Below are positions 52,118 to 64,000 of a stretch of DNA of 64,000 bases, one piece after another. Each line of letters starts with the position of its first letter. The stretch's first letter is position 1. Below the pieces are notes generated by a model that did no database searches, was not told the origin of the DNA, and worked only from the letters and a program-made list of their open reading frames with translations. Position numbers and translations under genes: made by a program. The stretch is from Squalus acanthias (lineage: Eukaryota): contig JASTWF010000336.1 in assembly GCA_030390025.1 (NCBI GenBank), forward strand, positions 124,001 through 188,000. Direction: 5' to 3'.

Positions 52118-53049
52118 AGCTGACAGTTTCAAGGATGTGAATGTGAGTTTCACTCTGTATCTGTCAGTCTCTGGTATGTGAGTGTGAGTTTCACTCTGTA
52201 TCTGACAGTCTCTGGAATGTGAGTGTGAGTTTCCCTCTGTATCTGACAGTCTCTGGTATGTGAGTGTGGATTTAATTCTGTATCTGTCAGTCTCTGGTAT
52301 GTGAGTGTGAGTTTCACTCTATCTGACAGTCTCTGGTATGTGAGTGTGAGCTTTATGCTGTAACTGTTAATTTTTTTTGTAAGAGTAAGGGTTTTATTCA
52401 GTACCTGACAGTTTCTGGGAGGGGAGTGTGGAATTTAGTCTGCATCTGTAAGTCACTTGTTTGTGAGTAATGGCATTAATCTGTATCTGTATCATTCAGA
52501 ATCTGGAATGTGAGTGCGGGCTTTACTCTGTACCTGTCAGTCTCTGGGATTTGATTCTGTATCTGTCAGCTTCTGGTGTGCGAGTGTGGATTTCACTCTG
52601 TAACTTTCTGTCTCTTGTATGTGAGTGTGGTACTATCTCTGTAAATGTCAGTTCCTAGTACGTGAGTGGGGTTTTATGTTGTACCTGTCAGTTTCTGTTA
52701 TATGAGTAAAGGTTTTAATCAGTCGCTGCCTGTTTCTGGTAGGGGAGTGTGGATTTCAGTCTGTATCTGCCAGTCTATGCTTGTGGGTGTGGGTTTCACC
52801 CTGTACCTGTCACTCTCTGGGATGTGAGTGCGAGTTTCACTCTGTATCTGTCAGTCTCTTTTAAGTGAGTGTTGATTTTATCTATAGCTGTCAACCTGGT
52901 ATGTCAGTGTGGGTTTTACTCTAGCTATCGGTCACTCGGATGTGTTGTGGATTTTACTCTAGCTCAGTTTCTAGTATATGGATGTAGAGTTTTGTCTGTA
53001 CCTGTCAGTTTCTGGTGTGTGTGTGGATTTTACTTTGTACCTGTCTGTC

Positions 53050-54534
53050 TCTGCTTTGTGAGTGTGGGATTGATTCTGTATCTGTTAGACTGGTAATGTA
53101 TGTGAGTGTGAAAATCATTATGTAATTGACAGTCTCTTGTGCTGCACTATTCTTACTCTGTGTGACTGTTGGATTCCATTCCTTCTCCACCTTGTGTAGG
53201 CCGATGCTAGTTTGAGATTATCTGTGACTGTCTCAGGAGGAGATTTGGTTCAGTCCATTACATCCGATTCTCTGGTCTTGTCTGTTAGTTGTTGGGTTTG
53301 ACAGTCCGTGTACAGCCAGCAGTGCGGATTCACACCGTATCAGTGTCTATCTGTTTGTGTGTGTGAGTAAGGGAGTGAAAATGGATCTGCCTGTCATTGC
53401 GAGATGCTTGGACTTTGAAACAACATCTTATTCTACTGCTGCAAGTGACTGTGGGATTCATAATGTAACTCTGTGAATTCGGATCACTGTGGGACTGACT
53501 GCTTCTGCTGCCTGTTATAATAGGATTGAGGCCAGTTCTGTGTCTCTGTGCTCTGTGAGTGATAATATACTTACTGTGTGTGAGAAGGAGCTGCCTGCAC
53601 TGTTCCTTGTGACTGGGTGTAGGGAAGATCACTTTTATTCTGGCTCGTTGAAGTATTTTGCTCTGAGAATAATAAGAGAACAATATTAGTTATAAGATAT
53701 GGACAGGTGCTGGGAGAATATAAAAATAAAGTTATAATGAATGTGTTTGTTTATAATAAAGTAAAGTATCTGGAGAGAGGAAACCGCGATACAAACAGTG
53801 CCATTGTCTGACCTCACTGCAGTACAGCGGCACTCAGATTCTCCACACCAGGTGTGTAGGACGGTTCTATAGTAAGTTATCAGCATCCAGACACAACCCA
53901 AACCCAGCACATGAATGGGACCACCCGATTGGCACAGTCCAGCTTTACATCTCCCATTCCCATGGGGCTACCTGTGAAATTCTGAATTGCTTCCTGGAAT
54001 AATTCCATAGGTAGCTGGGCTGTACAACAATTATTTTCAATCTATTGAAACCGAGTTGAGGGCCTGTGTAGTTAACAGAATGTCTGAGCTCGGATCCTGA
54101 CTAATCTGAGGGAGCGACAATGTATCTCTTGATCACCAGGAGCACGGCTCTGGAGAACTCAACACACCGAAACGAAATAACCCATTTTTGAAATGTGTTC
54201 TTTCGCATTTCTCACCTGGTGCCTGCAATAGATGCACTTTGTGAAACTCCTCACAACCTAACTGTCAGGCTGTGTTTCCACTGCTCACTGTCCAAGAACA
54301 ACAGACACGGTGAGATTGGAACTGAATCAGGAACATTCACTACTGATTCGGGGGAAGAAATCAGCAATGATTTGAAAGAGCGAGGTGCTTTACTTTCTAT
54401 GATACCTTACACTGTCCACACACAGCCCGAGAATGGCCACTCCCTTCCCCCACTCCCTCCATGTTCCGGAACTAGTTCCTGCTCCACTCTCCCTCTTAAA
54501 ATCTGCCCCGACGGCCACTGAACTTACCCCGACT
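53050..54534. repeat. Spacer module X, copy 3 (uninterrupted)
   Basis: Collinear with 18040-20420 minus the insertions. Immediately followed by copy 4, which restarts at ttatgtaatttacagtctcttgt. Confidence 0.88.
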
Positions 54535-55162
54535 GAATTATGTAATTTACAGTCTCTTGTAATGTACTATTCTTGCTCTGTGTGACTTTTGGATGCCATT
54601 CTTTCTCCACCTTGTGCAGGCGAATGCTATTTTGAGATTATCTGAGACTGAATCAGGAGGAGGTTTGGTTCAGTCCATTACCTTCGATTCTCTGGTCTTG
54701 TCTGTTAGTTGTTGGGTTTGAGAGTCTGTGTACAGCCAGCAGTGTGGATTGACACCGTATCAGTGTCTATCTGTTCGTGAGTGTGTGTGAGGGAGTGAAA
54801 ATAGATCTGCCTGTCATTGCGATATGAATCGACTTTGAAACAACATCTTATTCTACTGCTGCAAGTGACTGTGAGATTAGTAATGTAACTCTGGGAATTC
54901 GGATCACTGTGGGACTGACTGCTTCTGCTGCCTGTGATAATAGGATTGAGGCCAGTTCTGTGTCTCTGTGCTGTGTGAGTTATAATGTACTTACTGTGTG
55001 TGAGAAGGAGCTGCCTGCACTGTTCCTTGTGTTCCGGGTGTAGGAAAGATCACATTTATTCAGGTTCATTGAAGTATTTTGCTTAAGAGAACAATATTAG
55101 TTATAAGATAAAAATGAGAAGTCGCACAACACCAGGTTATAGTCCAACAGATTTATTTAATT

Positions 55163-55201
55163 TTACAAGCTTTCGAAGCAGTTCGCTCCTTCGTCAGGTA
55201 A
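55163..55201 (-). ncRNA. Minimal type I hammerhead ribozyme motif (3' repeat)
   Basis: Minus strand TTAC-CTGACGA-AGGAGCGAACTGCTTC-GAAAGCTT-GTAA. Confidence 0.85.
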
Positions 55202-55418
55202 GTTAGCAATGAGAGAATCTCCCAGAATTCACAATTTAAACCCAGACAAAATCTATTCACATTATTCCCTACAACAAAGAGCACAGCCAAGACAATGAGA
55301 TGTGTCCCAGGGGGTCCAACGTGTCAAACCACCTGCTGGCTGCATATCCTGTCAATTTGTGTTCTTGTGTTAGCCTTTTTAAAAAAAAACACCTGGGAAG
55401 ACCGGCCATGATGTCAAG

Positions 55419-58096
55419 TCACGTTCTGTATCGTGACATGAACCCGATATCGCGATTGAGGCCAGCCTCATGAGTGCGGAACTTGGCTATCAGTTTCTGC
55501 TCTATGATTTTGCGCTGTCGTGTATCTCGAAGGCCGCCTTGGAGAACGCTTACCCGCAGATCCGAGGCTGAATGCCCCTGGCTGCTGAAGTGTTCCCCGA
55601 CTGGGAGGCAACCCTCCTGCCTGGCGATTGTTGCGCGGTGTCCGTTCATACGTTGTCTCAGTGTCTGCATGGTCTCGCCGATGTACCATGCTCTGGAGCA
55701 TCCTTTACTGCAACGTATCAGGTAGACAACGTTGGCCGAGTCACATGAGTATGTACCGTGTACCTGGTGGGTAGTGTCCTCACGTGTAATGATGGTATCT
55801 GTGTCCATGATTTGGCATGTCTTGCAGAGGTTGCCGTGGCAGGGTTGTGTGGTGTCTTGGTTGCTGTTCTCCTGAAAGATGGGTAATCTGCTGCGAACGA
55901 TGGCACTTTTGAGGTTAGGCGGCTGCTTGAAGGCGAGTAGTGGAGGCGTGGGGATGGCCTTAGCAAGGTGTTCATCGTCATCGATGACATGTTGAAGGCT
56001 GCGAAGAACATGGTGTAGTTTTTCCGCTCCGGGGAAGTACTGGACGACGTAGGGTACTCTGTTGGTTGTGTCCCGTGTTCGTCTTCTGAGGACGTCTATG
56101 CGGTTTTTCGCTGTGGCCCGTCGGAACTGTCGATCGACGAGTCGAGCGTCATATCCCGTTCTTACGAGAGCGTCTTTCAGTGTCCGTAGGTGTCCATCGC
56201 GTTCCTCCTCGTCTGAGCAGATCCTGTGTATTCGCAGGGCTTGTCCATAGGGGATGGCTTCTTTAACGTGGTTAGGGTGGAAGCTGGAGAAGTGGAGCAT
56301 CGTGAGGTTGTCCGTGGGCTTGCGGTAGAGTGAAGTGCTGAGGCGTCCGTCTTTGATGGAGATTCGTGTGTCCAAGAATGAAACCGATTCTGAGGAGTAG
56401 TCCATGGTGAGTTTGATGGTGGGATGGAACCTGTTGATGCTATCGTGTAGTCCTTTCAGTGATCCTTCGCCGTGGGTCCAAAGGAAGAAGATGTCGTCGA
56501 TGTATCTGGTGTACAGCGTTGGTTGGAGGTCCTGTGCAGCGAAGAAGTCTTGCTCGAACTTGTGCATGAAGATGTTGGCGTATTGGGGTGCGAATTTGGT
56601 CCCCATGGCTGTTCCGTGTGTTTGGGTGAAAAAATGGTTGTCGAAGGTGAAGACATTGTGGTCAAGGATGAAGCGGATGAGTTGAAAGATGGCGTCCGGA
56701 GATTGGCTGTTGTTGGTGTTGAGTACTGAGGCTGTCGCAGCGATGCCGTCATTGTGGGGGATATTGGTGTAGAGTGCCGATACGTCCATTGTGACGAGGA
56801 GTGTTCCTGGTTCAACTGGTCCATGGGTGCTGAGTTTCTGCAAGAAGTCTGTAGTGTCGCGACAGAAGCTGGGGGTTCCCTGTACGATGGGTTTCAGGAT
56901 GCCCTCGACGTACCCAGAGAGGTTCTCACACAGGGTTCCGTTGCCTGATACGATAGGACGTCCGGGTGTGTTGGCTTTGTGTATCTTTGGGAGGCAGTAA
57001 AAGTCTCCTACGCGGGGAGTACGTGGGATGAGAGCGCGTAGGATGTTTTGAAGGTCTGGATCGAAGGTCTTGATCAGTCTATTGAGTTGGCGGGTGTGTT
57101 CTTTGGTCGGATCTGCGGGTAGATGTCTGTAGTGTTCCTGGTTGTCCAGTTGTCGGTATGCTTCTTTGCAATAGTCCGTTCTGTTCTGTATGACGATGGC
57201 TCCTCCTTTGTCCGCTGGTTTGATGACGATGTTGCGGTTGGTCTTGAGTGCGTGGATGGCGTTGCGTTGTGCTCGGGTGACATTCTGGACTGTCTTGTGA
57301 GTACGGCTGATGAATCTGGCGTTGATGCATTTCCTGACAGCTTGAGCATACATGTCAAGCTTAGGGTTGCGACCCTCCGGAGGGGTCCAATTTGACTCTT
57401 TCTTCCTCGGTTGCAGCACTGCGGTTCCCTCTGTCTGCTGTTCCGGATCATTGATTGTCCCATTAGAATGTTGCTGACATCTTGGGATTTGTGGTAGTAT
57501 TCCAGGATCCTCATTCTCCTGATGAATTCCTCTGTGTCCGCCGCGAGACCGATGGGGTCCATTTTGGTGGTGGGGCAGAACTTGAGCCCTAGGGCGAGAA
57601 CTTCGATTTCGTCTGGTTGAAGGGTGTGGTCCGACAGGTTGACGATGGACTTCCCTGTGGTTGCAACCGTGGTACCGGGGGAGGCTTGGTTGTAGCTGGT
57701 GGTTACGCCGAGTTTCTCAAGCTTCCTGTTCTTGATGCGCATGTAGGCAGCGTAGTTCCGTTGCCTCGTCTGTTTGGCGGTGTCTCGTAGCTGGTCTGCT
57801 GTGTCCTGAGCACAGGCTGAGAGCATGGACTCTATCTTGGTTTCGAGGTTGCGACGTCTGCTGTAGAGCTGGTGTACGAGATGGTTGAGGAGTGTGCGAG
57901 AGGTACGATGGCAAAGTCTCTCAGCGTAGTCTGTGTTGTATGTCGACTTGAGTGGGTTCGTGATCTGTAGTCCTTTCGGAATCTTGTCTGCTTTCTTGCA
58001 TCTCTGCAGGTACTTGATGTCTGTGTCAATATGCGCGATCTTCTTGGCGATTCTCTCCACTTTGAGCCGGCAGTTTGCGGTGTCAATAGAGGTCAT
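55419..58096 (-). CDS. Penelope-like RT + GIY-YIG endonuclease polyprotein (~892 aa) with one frameshift near 57465
   Basis: ATG at 58096 (MTSIDTANC...). The N-terminal ORF and the 666-aa ORF join by a 1-nt shift. Motifs: IKPADKGG, FYCLPKIHK, GRPIVS, GTAMG, YIDD, C-x4-C-x2-C linker, VVY...YIG. Confidence 0.9.
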
Positions 58097-58183
58097 GATG
58101 TAGAGATGCCGGCGTTGGACTGGGGTGGACAAAAATGAGAAGTCGCACAACACCAGGTTATAGTCCAACAGATTTATTTAATT

Positions 58184-58222
58184 TTACAAGCTTTCGAAGC
58201 AGTTCGCTCCTTCGTCAGGTAA
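58184..58222 (-). ncRNA. Minimal type I hammerhead ribozyme motif (5' repeat)
   Basis: Identical to 55163-55201; lies ~90 nt upstream of the ORF ATG. Confidence 0.85.
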
Positions 58223-58576
58223 GTTAGCAATGAGAGAATAAGATATATAAGAGTTATAAGATATGGACAGGTGCTGTAGAATATAAAAATAAAGTTATAA
58301 TGAATGTGCTTGTTTATAATAAAGTAAAGTATCTGGAGAGAGGAAACCGAGATACAAACAGTGTCATTGTCTGACCTCACTGCAGTACAGCGGCACTCAG
58401 ATTCTCCACACCAGGTGTGTAGGACGGTTCTATAGTAAGTTATCAGCATCCAGACACAACCCAAACCCAGCACTGGACCATGAATGGGACCACCCGATTG
58501 GCACAGTCCAGGTTTATATCTCCAATTCTCATGGGACTACCTGTAAAATTCTGCATCGCTTCCTGGAATATAACAT

Positions 58577-59563
58577 GGAAACATAGAAACATAGATGATA
58601 GGAGCAGGAGTAGGCCATTCGGCCCCTCGAGCCTGTTCCGCCATTTGATGAGATCATGGCTGATCATCCAAATTCAGTACCCTGTCCCAGCTTTCCCCCC
58701 ATATCCCTTGATCCCTTTAGCCTTAAGAAATAAATCTAACTCCTTCTTGAATAAAATTAATGAATTGGCCTCAACTGCCTTCTGTGGTAGAGAATTCCAC
58801 AGGTTCACCACTCTCTGGGTGAAGAAATTCCTCCTCATCTCAGTCCTAAATGGCTTACCCCTTATCCTTAGACTGCGATCCCTGGTTCTGGACTCCATCG
58901 CGAACATCCTTCCTGCATCTAGTCTGTCTAGTCCTGTTAGAATTTTATAAGTTTCAATGAGATCCCCTCTCATTCTTCTAAACTCTAGCGAATATAAGCC
59001 AAATGACCCAATCTCTCTTCATACATCATTCCTGCCATCCCAGGTATCAGTCTGATGAATCTTCGCTGCACTCCCTCCATGGCAAGAAGATCCTTCCTCA
59101 GATAAGGCGACCAAAACTGCACACAATACTCAAGGTGTGGTCTCACCAAGGCCCTGTACAACTGCAGCAAGACATTTTTGCTCCTGTACTCGAATCCTCT
59201 CGCTATGAAGGCCAACATACCATTTGCCTTCTTAACCGCCTGCTGCACCTGCATGCTTACCTTCAGCGACTGGTGCACAAGGACACCCAGGTCTCGATGC
59301 ACTTCCCCTTTTCCCAATCTATTGCCGTTCAGATAATAATCTGTCTTCCTGTTTTTGCCACTAAAGTGGATAACCTCGCATTTATCCACATTATACTGCA
59401 TCTGCCATGCATCTGCCATGCATCTGCCCAATCACCCAACCTGTCCAAATCATACTGGAATTACTCTGCATCCTCCTCACAGCACACACGCCCACCCAGC
59501 TTTGTGTCGTCTGTAAACTTGGAGATATTACATCTAGTTCCCTCGTCTAGATCATTAATATAT
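58577..59563 (-). mobile_element. CR1 LINE 3' fragment
   Basis: WQMQYNVDKCEVIHF...[11 protein letters not shown] and a (catagaaa)n tail. Confidence 0.9.
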
Positions 59564-59821
59564 TGTCTATCTGTCTATCTGTGGTCTGTGAGTGTGGGTT
59601 TTCCTCTCTATCTGCCAGTCTGTCAATCTCAGTTACAGTATGTGATTGTGATTCTTTCTCCATCTGTCATTCTGTGAGTGATAATATACTTACTGTGTGT
59701 GAGAAGGAGCTGCCTGCACTGTTCCTCGTGTTCCGCGTGGAGGAAAGAACACATTTATTTTGGCTCATTGAAGTACTTTGCTACGAGAATAACAATTTGA
59801 GAACAATATTAGTTATACGAT

Positions 59822-62178
59822 ATAGAAACATAGAAACAGAGAAGATAGGAGCAGGAGTAGGCCATTCGATGAGATCATGGCTGATCATCTCAACTCAGTA
59901 CCCTGTACCTGCCTTCTCCCCATATCCCTTGATACCTTTAGCTTTAAGAAATATATCTAACTCATCCTTGAATATATTTAATGACTTCGCCTCAACTACC
60001 TTCTGTGGTAGAGAATTCCACAGGTTCACCACTCTCTCGGTGAAGAAATTCTTCCTAATTTCTGTCCCAAATGGTTTACCCGTTATCCGTAGATTATGAC
60101 CCCTGGTTCTGGACTCTCCCACCATCGGGAACATTCTTCCTGCATCTAGTTTGTCCAGACCTGTCAGAATTTTATATGTTTCGATGAGATCCCCTCTCAA
60201 TCTTCTATGCTCCAGTGAGAAAAAGCCCAATCGACCCAATCTCTCCTCATATGTCATTCCTGCCATCCCAGGTATCAGCCTTGTGAATCTTCGCTGAACT
60301 CCTTCCATGGCAAGAACATCCTTCCTCAGATAAGGCGACCAAAACTGCACACAGTACTCAAGGTGTGGTCTCACCAAGGCCCTGTACAACTGCAGCAGGA
60401 CATCCCTGTTCCTATATTCAAACCCTTTCGCTATGAAGGCCAACATACCATTTGCCTTCTTCACCGCCTGCTGCACCTGCATGCTTACTTTCAGTGACTG
60501 GTGCACAAGGACACCCAGGTCTCGTTACACTTCCCCTTCTCCCAATCTATTGCCATTCAGATAATAGTCTGCCTCTCTGTTTTTGACACCAAAGTGGATA
60601 ACCTCGCACTTATCCACGTTATATTGCATCTGCCACGCTTCTGCCCACTCACCCAACCTGTTCAGATCATCCTGGAGTTTCTCGCTATCCTCCTCGCTGC
60701 ACACACTCTCACCCAGCTTTGTGTCATCTGCAAACTTGGAGATATTACATTTAATTCCCTTATCTAGATCATTAATGTATATTGTGAATAGCTGGGGTCC
60801 AAGGAACGATCCCTGCGGTACCCCACTAGTCACTGCTTGCCACTCGGAAAAAGACCCATTAATTCCTACTCTCTGCTTTCTGTCCGCCAACCAGTTCTCT
60901 ATCCAAGTCAATACCTTGCCCCCAATCCCATGTGCCTTAACTTTACCCGCTAATGTCTTATGCGGGACCTTATCGAAAGCCTTTTGAAAGTCCAAATACA
61001 CCACATCTACTGGTTCTCCCTTATCTATTTTCCCAGTTACATCCTCAAAAAATTCCAGTAGATTAGTCAAGCATGATTTACCTTTTGTAAATCCATGTTG
61101 ACTTTGTCCGATCCTGTCACTGTTTTTCAAATGCTCAGCTATTACATCCTTTATAATGGACTCTAGCATTTTCCCCACTACCGATGTCAGGCTTACCGGT
61201 CTGTAATTCCCCGCTTTCTCTCTACCACCCTTTTTGAATAGTGGGGTAACATTAGCTACCCTCCAATCCATGGGTACAGTTCCAGATTTCATCGAATGTT
61301 GGAAGATGATCAGCAATGCATCTACTATTTCTAGGGCCACTTCCTTAAGTACCCTAGGATGTAGATTATCAGACCCTGGGGATTTATCAGCCTTCAATAC
61401 CGTCAATTTCCCCAACACCATTTCCCTGCAAATACTGATTTCTTTCAGTTCCTCCCTTTCATCAGACTGTATGTTCTCCAACATATCTGGGAGGTTATTT
61501 GTGTCCTCCTTTGTGAAGACAGAACCAAAATATGCATTTAATTGGGCTGCAATTTCTTTGTTCCCCATTATAACTTCCCCCGCTTCTGACTGCAAGGGAC
61601 CTACACTTGATTTCACTAATCTTTTTCTCTTCACATATCTATAAAAGCTCTTACATTCAGTTTTTATGTTCCCAGCAAGCTTACTTTCATATTCTATTTT
61701 CCCCTTCTTAATTAATCCCTTTGTCCTCCTTTGTTGAATCCTAAACTGCTCCCAATCCTCAGGGCTACCGCTTTTTCTGGCCAATTTATATGCCCTCTCC
61801 TTGGATCTTATGCTATCCCTAATTTCCCTTGTTAGCCACGGTTGAGTCACCCTTTTTGTTTTATTCTTATGCCACACTGGCATGTACAAATTCTATAGTT
61901 CATCCATGCAGTCTTTGAATGTTTGCCATTGCGTATCCACCGTCAACCCCTTGAGTGACATTCCCCAATCAATCCTACCCAATTCGCGCCTCATACCATC
62001 GTAGTTTCCTTTATTTAAATTCAGGACCCTAGTCTCTGATTCAACTACTTCACTCTCCATCCTAATGAAGAATTCTATCATATTATGATCACTCTGACCC
62101 AAGGGGCCTCGTACAACAAGATTGCTAATTAATCCTTTCTCGTTGCATAATACCCAGTCTAAGATGGCCTGATCTCTG
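59822..62178 (-). mobile_element. CR1/HER1 LINE, 5'-truncated, long RT ORF
   Basis: 454-aa and 203-aa ORF2 pieces with all RT motifs, and SDHNMI at the APE end. Confidence 0.93.
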
Positions 62179-63845
62179 GACAGTTGTGTGTAGAATATAA
62201 AGATAAAGTTATAATTAACGTATTTGTTTTCAATAAAGTAAAGTATCTAGAGAGAGGAAACCGCGATACAAACAGGGTTATTGTCTGACCTCACTGCAGT
62301 ACAGCGGCACTCAGATTCTCCACACCAGGTGTGTAGGACGGTTCTATAGTAAGTTATCAGCTTCCAGACACAACCCAAATCCAGCACTGGACCATGAATG
62401 AGACCACCCAATTGGCACAGTCCAGATTTATATCTCCCATTCCCATTGGACTACCTATGAAGTTCTGGATGGCTTCCTGGAATATAACCACAGGTACCTG
62501 GGCTGCACAAGCAATTGTTTTCAGTCTAAGGACAGAAAACAGCAAGTTGTGGTAAATGGCTGTTTTTCACACTGGAGGATGGCAGACAGTAGTGTTCCCC
62601 AAGGGTCAGTGCTGGGGCCACTGCATTTTTAATAGATATAAATGACCTGGATATTGGACTACAAAGTAGAATTTCTAAATTTGCAGATGACACCAAACCT
62701 GGGGGTGTCGCAGACAGTGAGGTTGATACCAAGCGACTGCAACAGGACATAGAAGGGCTAGCAGAATGGGCAGTCAAGTGGCAGATGCAATTTAATACAG
62801 AGAAGTGTGAGGTGATGCATTTTGGATGAAGGAACAGGGAGAGGCAATATCCACTTAATGGCACAGTTTTAAACAGTGTGCAGGGACAGAGGGACCTGGG
62901 AGTTACTGTGCATAGGTCCCTGAGGATGGCATGACATATTGAGAGAGTGGTTAGCAAAGCATATGGGATCTTGGATTTCATAAATAGAGGTATTGAGTAC
63001 AAAAGTAGAGAAGTTATGCTGAATATTTATAAAGCGCTGGTTAGGCCACAACTGGAGTATTGCGTCCAGTTCTGCTCACCACACTTTAGGAAGGATGTGA
63101 AGACCCTTGAGAGAGTGCAGAGAAGATTTACCAGAATGGTTATGGGGATGGGGGATCTTCGCTACAAGGACAGGTTGGAGAAGCTGGATTTGTTTTCTGA
63201 TGTATCTGAGGGAGCGACAATGTATCTCCCGATCACCAGGAACACGGCTCTGGAGAACTCAACACACCGAAACAAAATAACCCATTTTTGAGTGTCTTCT
63301 TTCACATTTCTCACCTGGTGCCTGCAATAGATGCACTTTGTGAAACTCCTCACAACCTCAGTGTCAGGCTGTGTTTCCACTGTTCACTGTCCATGAACAA
63401 CAGACACGGTGAGATTGGAACTGAATCAGGAACATTCACTACTGATTCGGGGGAAGAAATCAGCAATGATTTGAAAGAGCGAGGTGATTTACTTTTTCTA
63501 TTACCTTACACTGTCCACACACAGCCCGAGAATGGCCTCTCCCTTCCCCCACTCACTCCATGTCCCGGAACTAGTTCCTGTTCCACTCTGCCTCTAACAA
63601 ACAGCCCCGACTCAAAGCCCATCTGCGGACACAGTCCCAGTGCGATGTGCTGCTGTGAGGACGCTGCTGTTTGCTCCCTTACTCGGGCCCGTGATATCTC
63701 CGCTCCCTGATGTGTTCAACCATCATCAGCCGAGCACAGAGGAAACGGCCCCCGCTGGCAGAGCTGGGGGAGGGGAGTTCGCAGGGGCCCTTCCCGTCGG
63801 TTCAAACACTGTGCGGGGAGAGGGGGAGGAGCAGGCAAGTGTTTA
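62178..63845. repeat. Spacer module X, copy 5 (left part at ~59670-59822)
   Basis: Collinear with 18670-20640. Confidence 0.85.
62527..63197 (+). mobile_element. CR1 LINE internal fragment
   Basis: Similar to 13745-14407; KFADDTK and [10 protein letters not shown]. Confidence 0.88.
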
Positions 63846-63887
63846 TCACGCATGCTCAGACCTCTTCCGGACACCAATTAAATAAAG

Positions 63888-64000
63888 CAACAACAACAAG
63901 AACTTGAATTTATATAGCGCCTTTAAGGGAATCAATCGTCCCAATGAGCTTGACAGGAGCGTTATCAAAGAAACATTGACACCGAGACAGATAAGGAGAT
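63888..64000 (-). mobile_element. Probable L2 LINE 3' end
   Basis: (caa)n-aacttgaatttatatagcgccttt, the reverse of an L2-type aggcgctatataaat tail. Confidence 0.55.

Larger units (their letters stand above)
41771..53100. repeat. Third and largest satellite array (46/41-bp units) with internal block duplications and retroelement insertions
   Basis: Collinear with 4303 onward. Near-perfect 46-mers at ~43685-43965. 44110-45170 is duplicated at 49825-50880. Confidence 0.9.
55111..58239 (-). mobile_element. Essentially full-length Penelope-like (Neptune-type) retroelement, family B, with direct terminal repeats
   Basis: Identical ~108-bp direct repeats at 55111-55218 and 58132-58239. 12-bp TSD agttataagata at 55099-55110 and 58252-58263, with 12 nt of filler at 58240-58251. 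Confidence 0.95.
54535..58576. repeat. Spacer module X, copy 4 (split by the Penelope element)
   Basis: 54535-55110 and 58252-58576 join to reproduce the module. Confidence 0.85.

Noticed and set aside
60525..61889. 454-aa RT ORF as an active CR1 or a domesticated gene
   Set aside because: The element is 5'-truncated within APE and has in-frame stops on both sides of the ORF.

Overview
Eukaryotic, repeat-rich vertebrate DNA, most likely a shark or other cartilaginous fish (inferred from HE1-type and SacSINE1-type SINEs and HER1/CR1 LINEs). The window is part of a replication-dependent histone gene cluster. It has nine intronless genes, each with a 3' stem-loop: three H4, two H2A, two H2B, one H3 and one H1. 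It also has histone pseudogene fragments and a tRNA-Gly(TCC) gene with a decayed duplicate. Between the genes lie long strand-biased 46/41-bp satellite arrays, many CR1 fragments, a probable ERV solo LTR, and five copies of an unexplained ~1.5-2 kb spacer module. A segmental duplication (about 1.4-12.8 kb vs 37.6-54.5 kb) lets empty and filled insertion sites be compared directly. The most notable system is five Penelope-like (Neptune-type RT + GIY-YIG) insertions from two families. All have 12-14 bp target-site duplications, and together they carry seven minimal hammerhead-ribozyme motifs, including a 122-bp insertion that is essentially only ribozyme plus tail. Hammerheads in Penelope-like elements are known in general; whether these particular families are described cannot be judged without a database search. 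Repeat boundaries were read by eye and are approximate unless a TSD is quoted.
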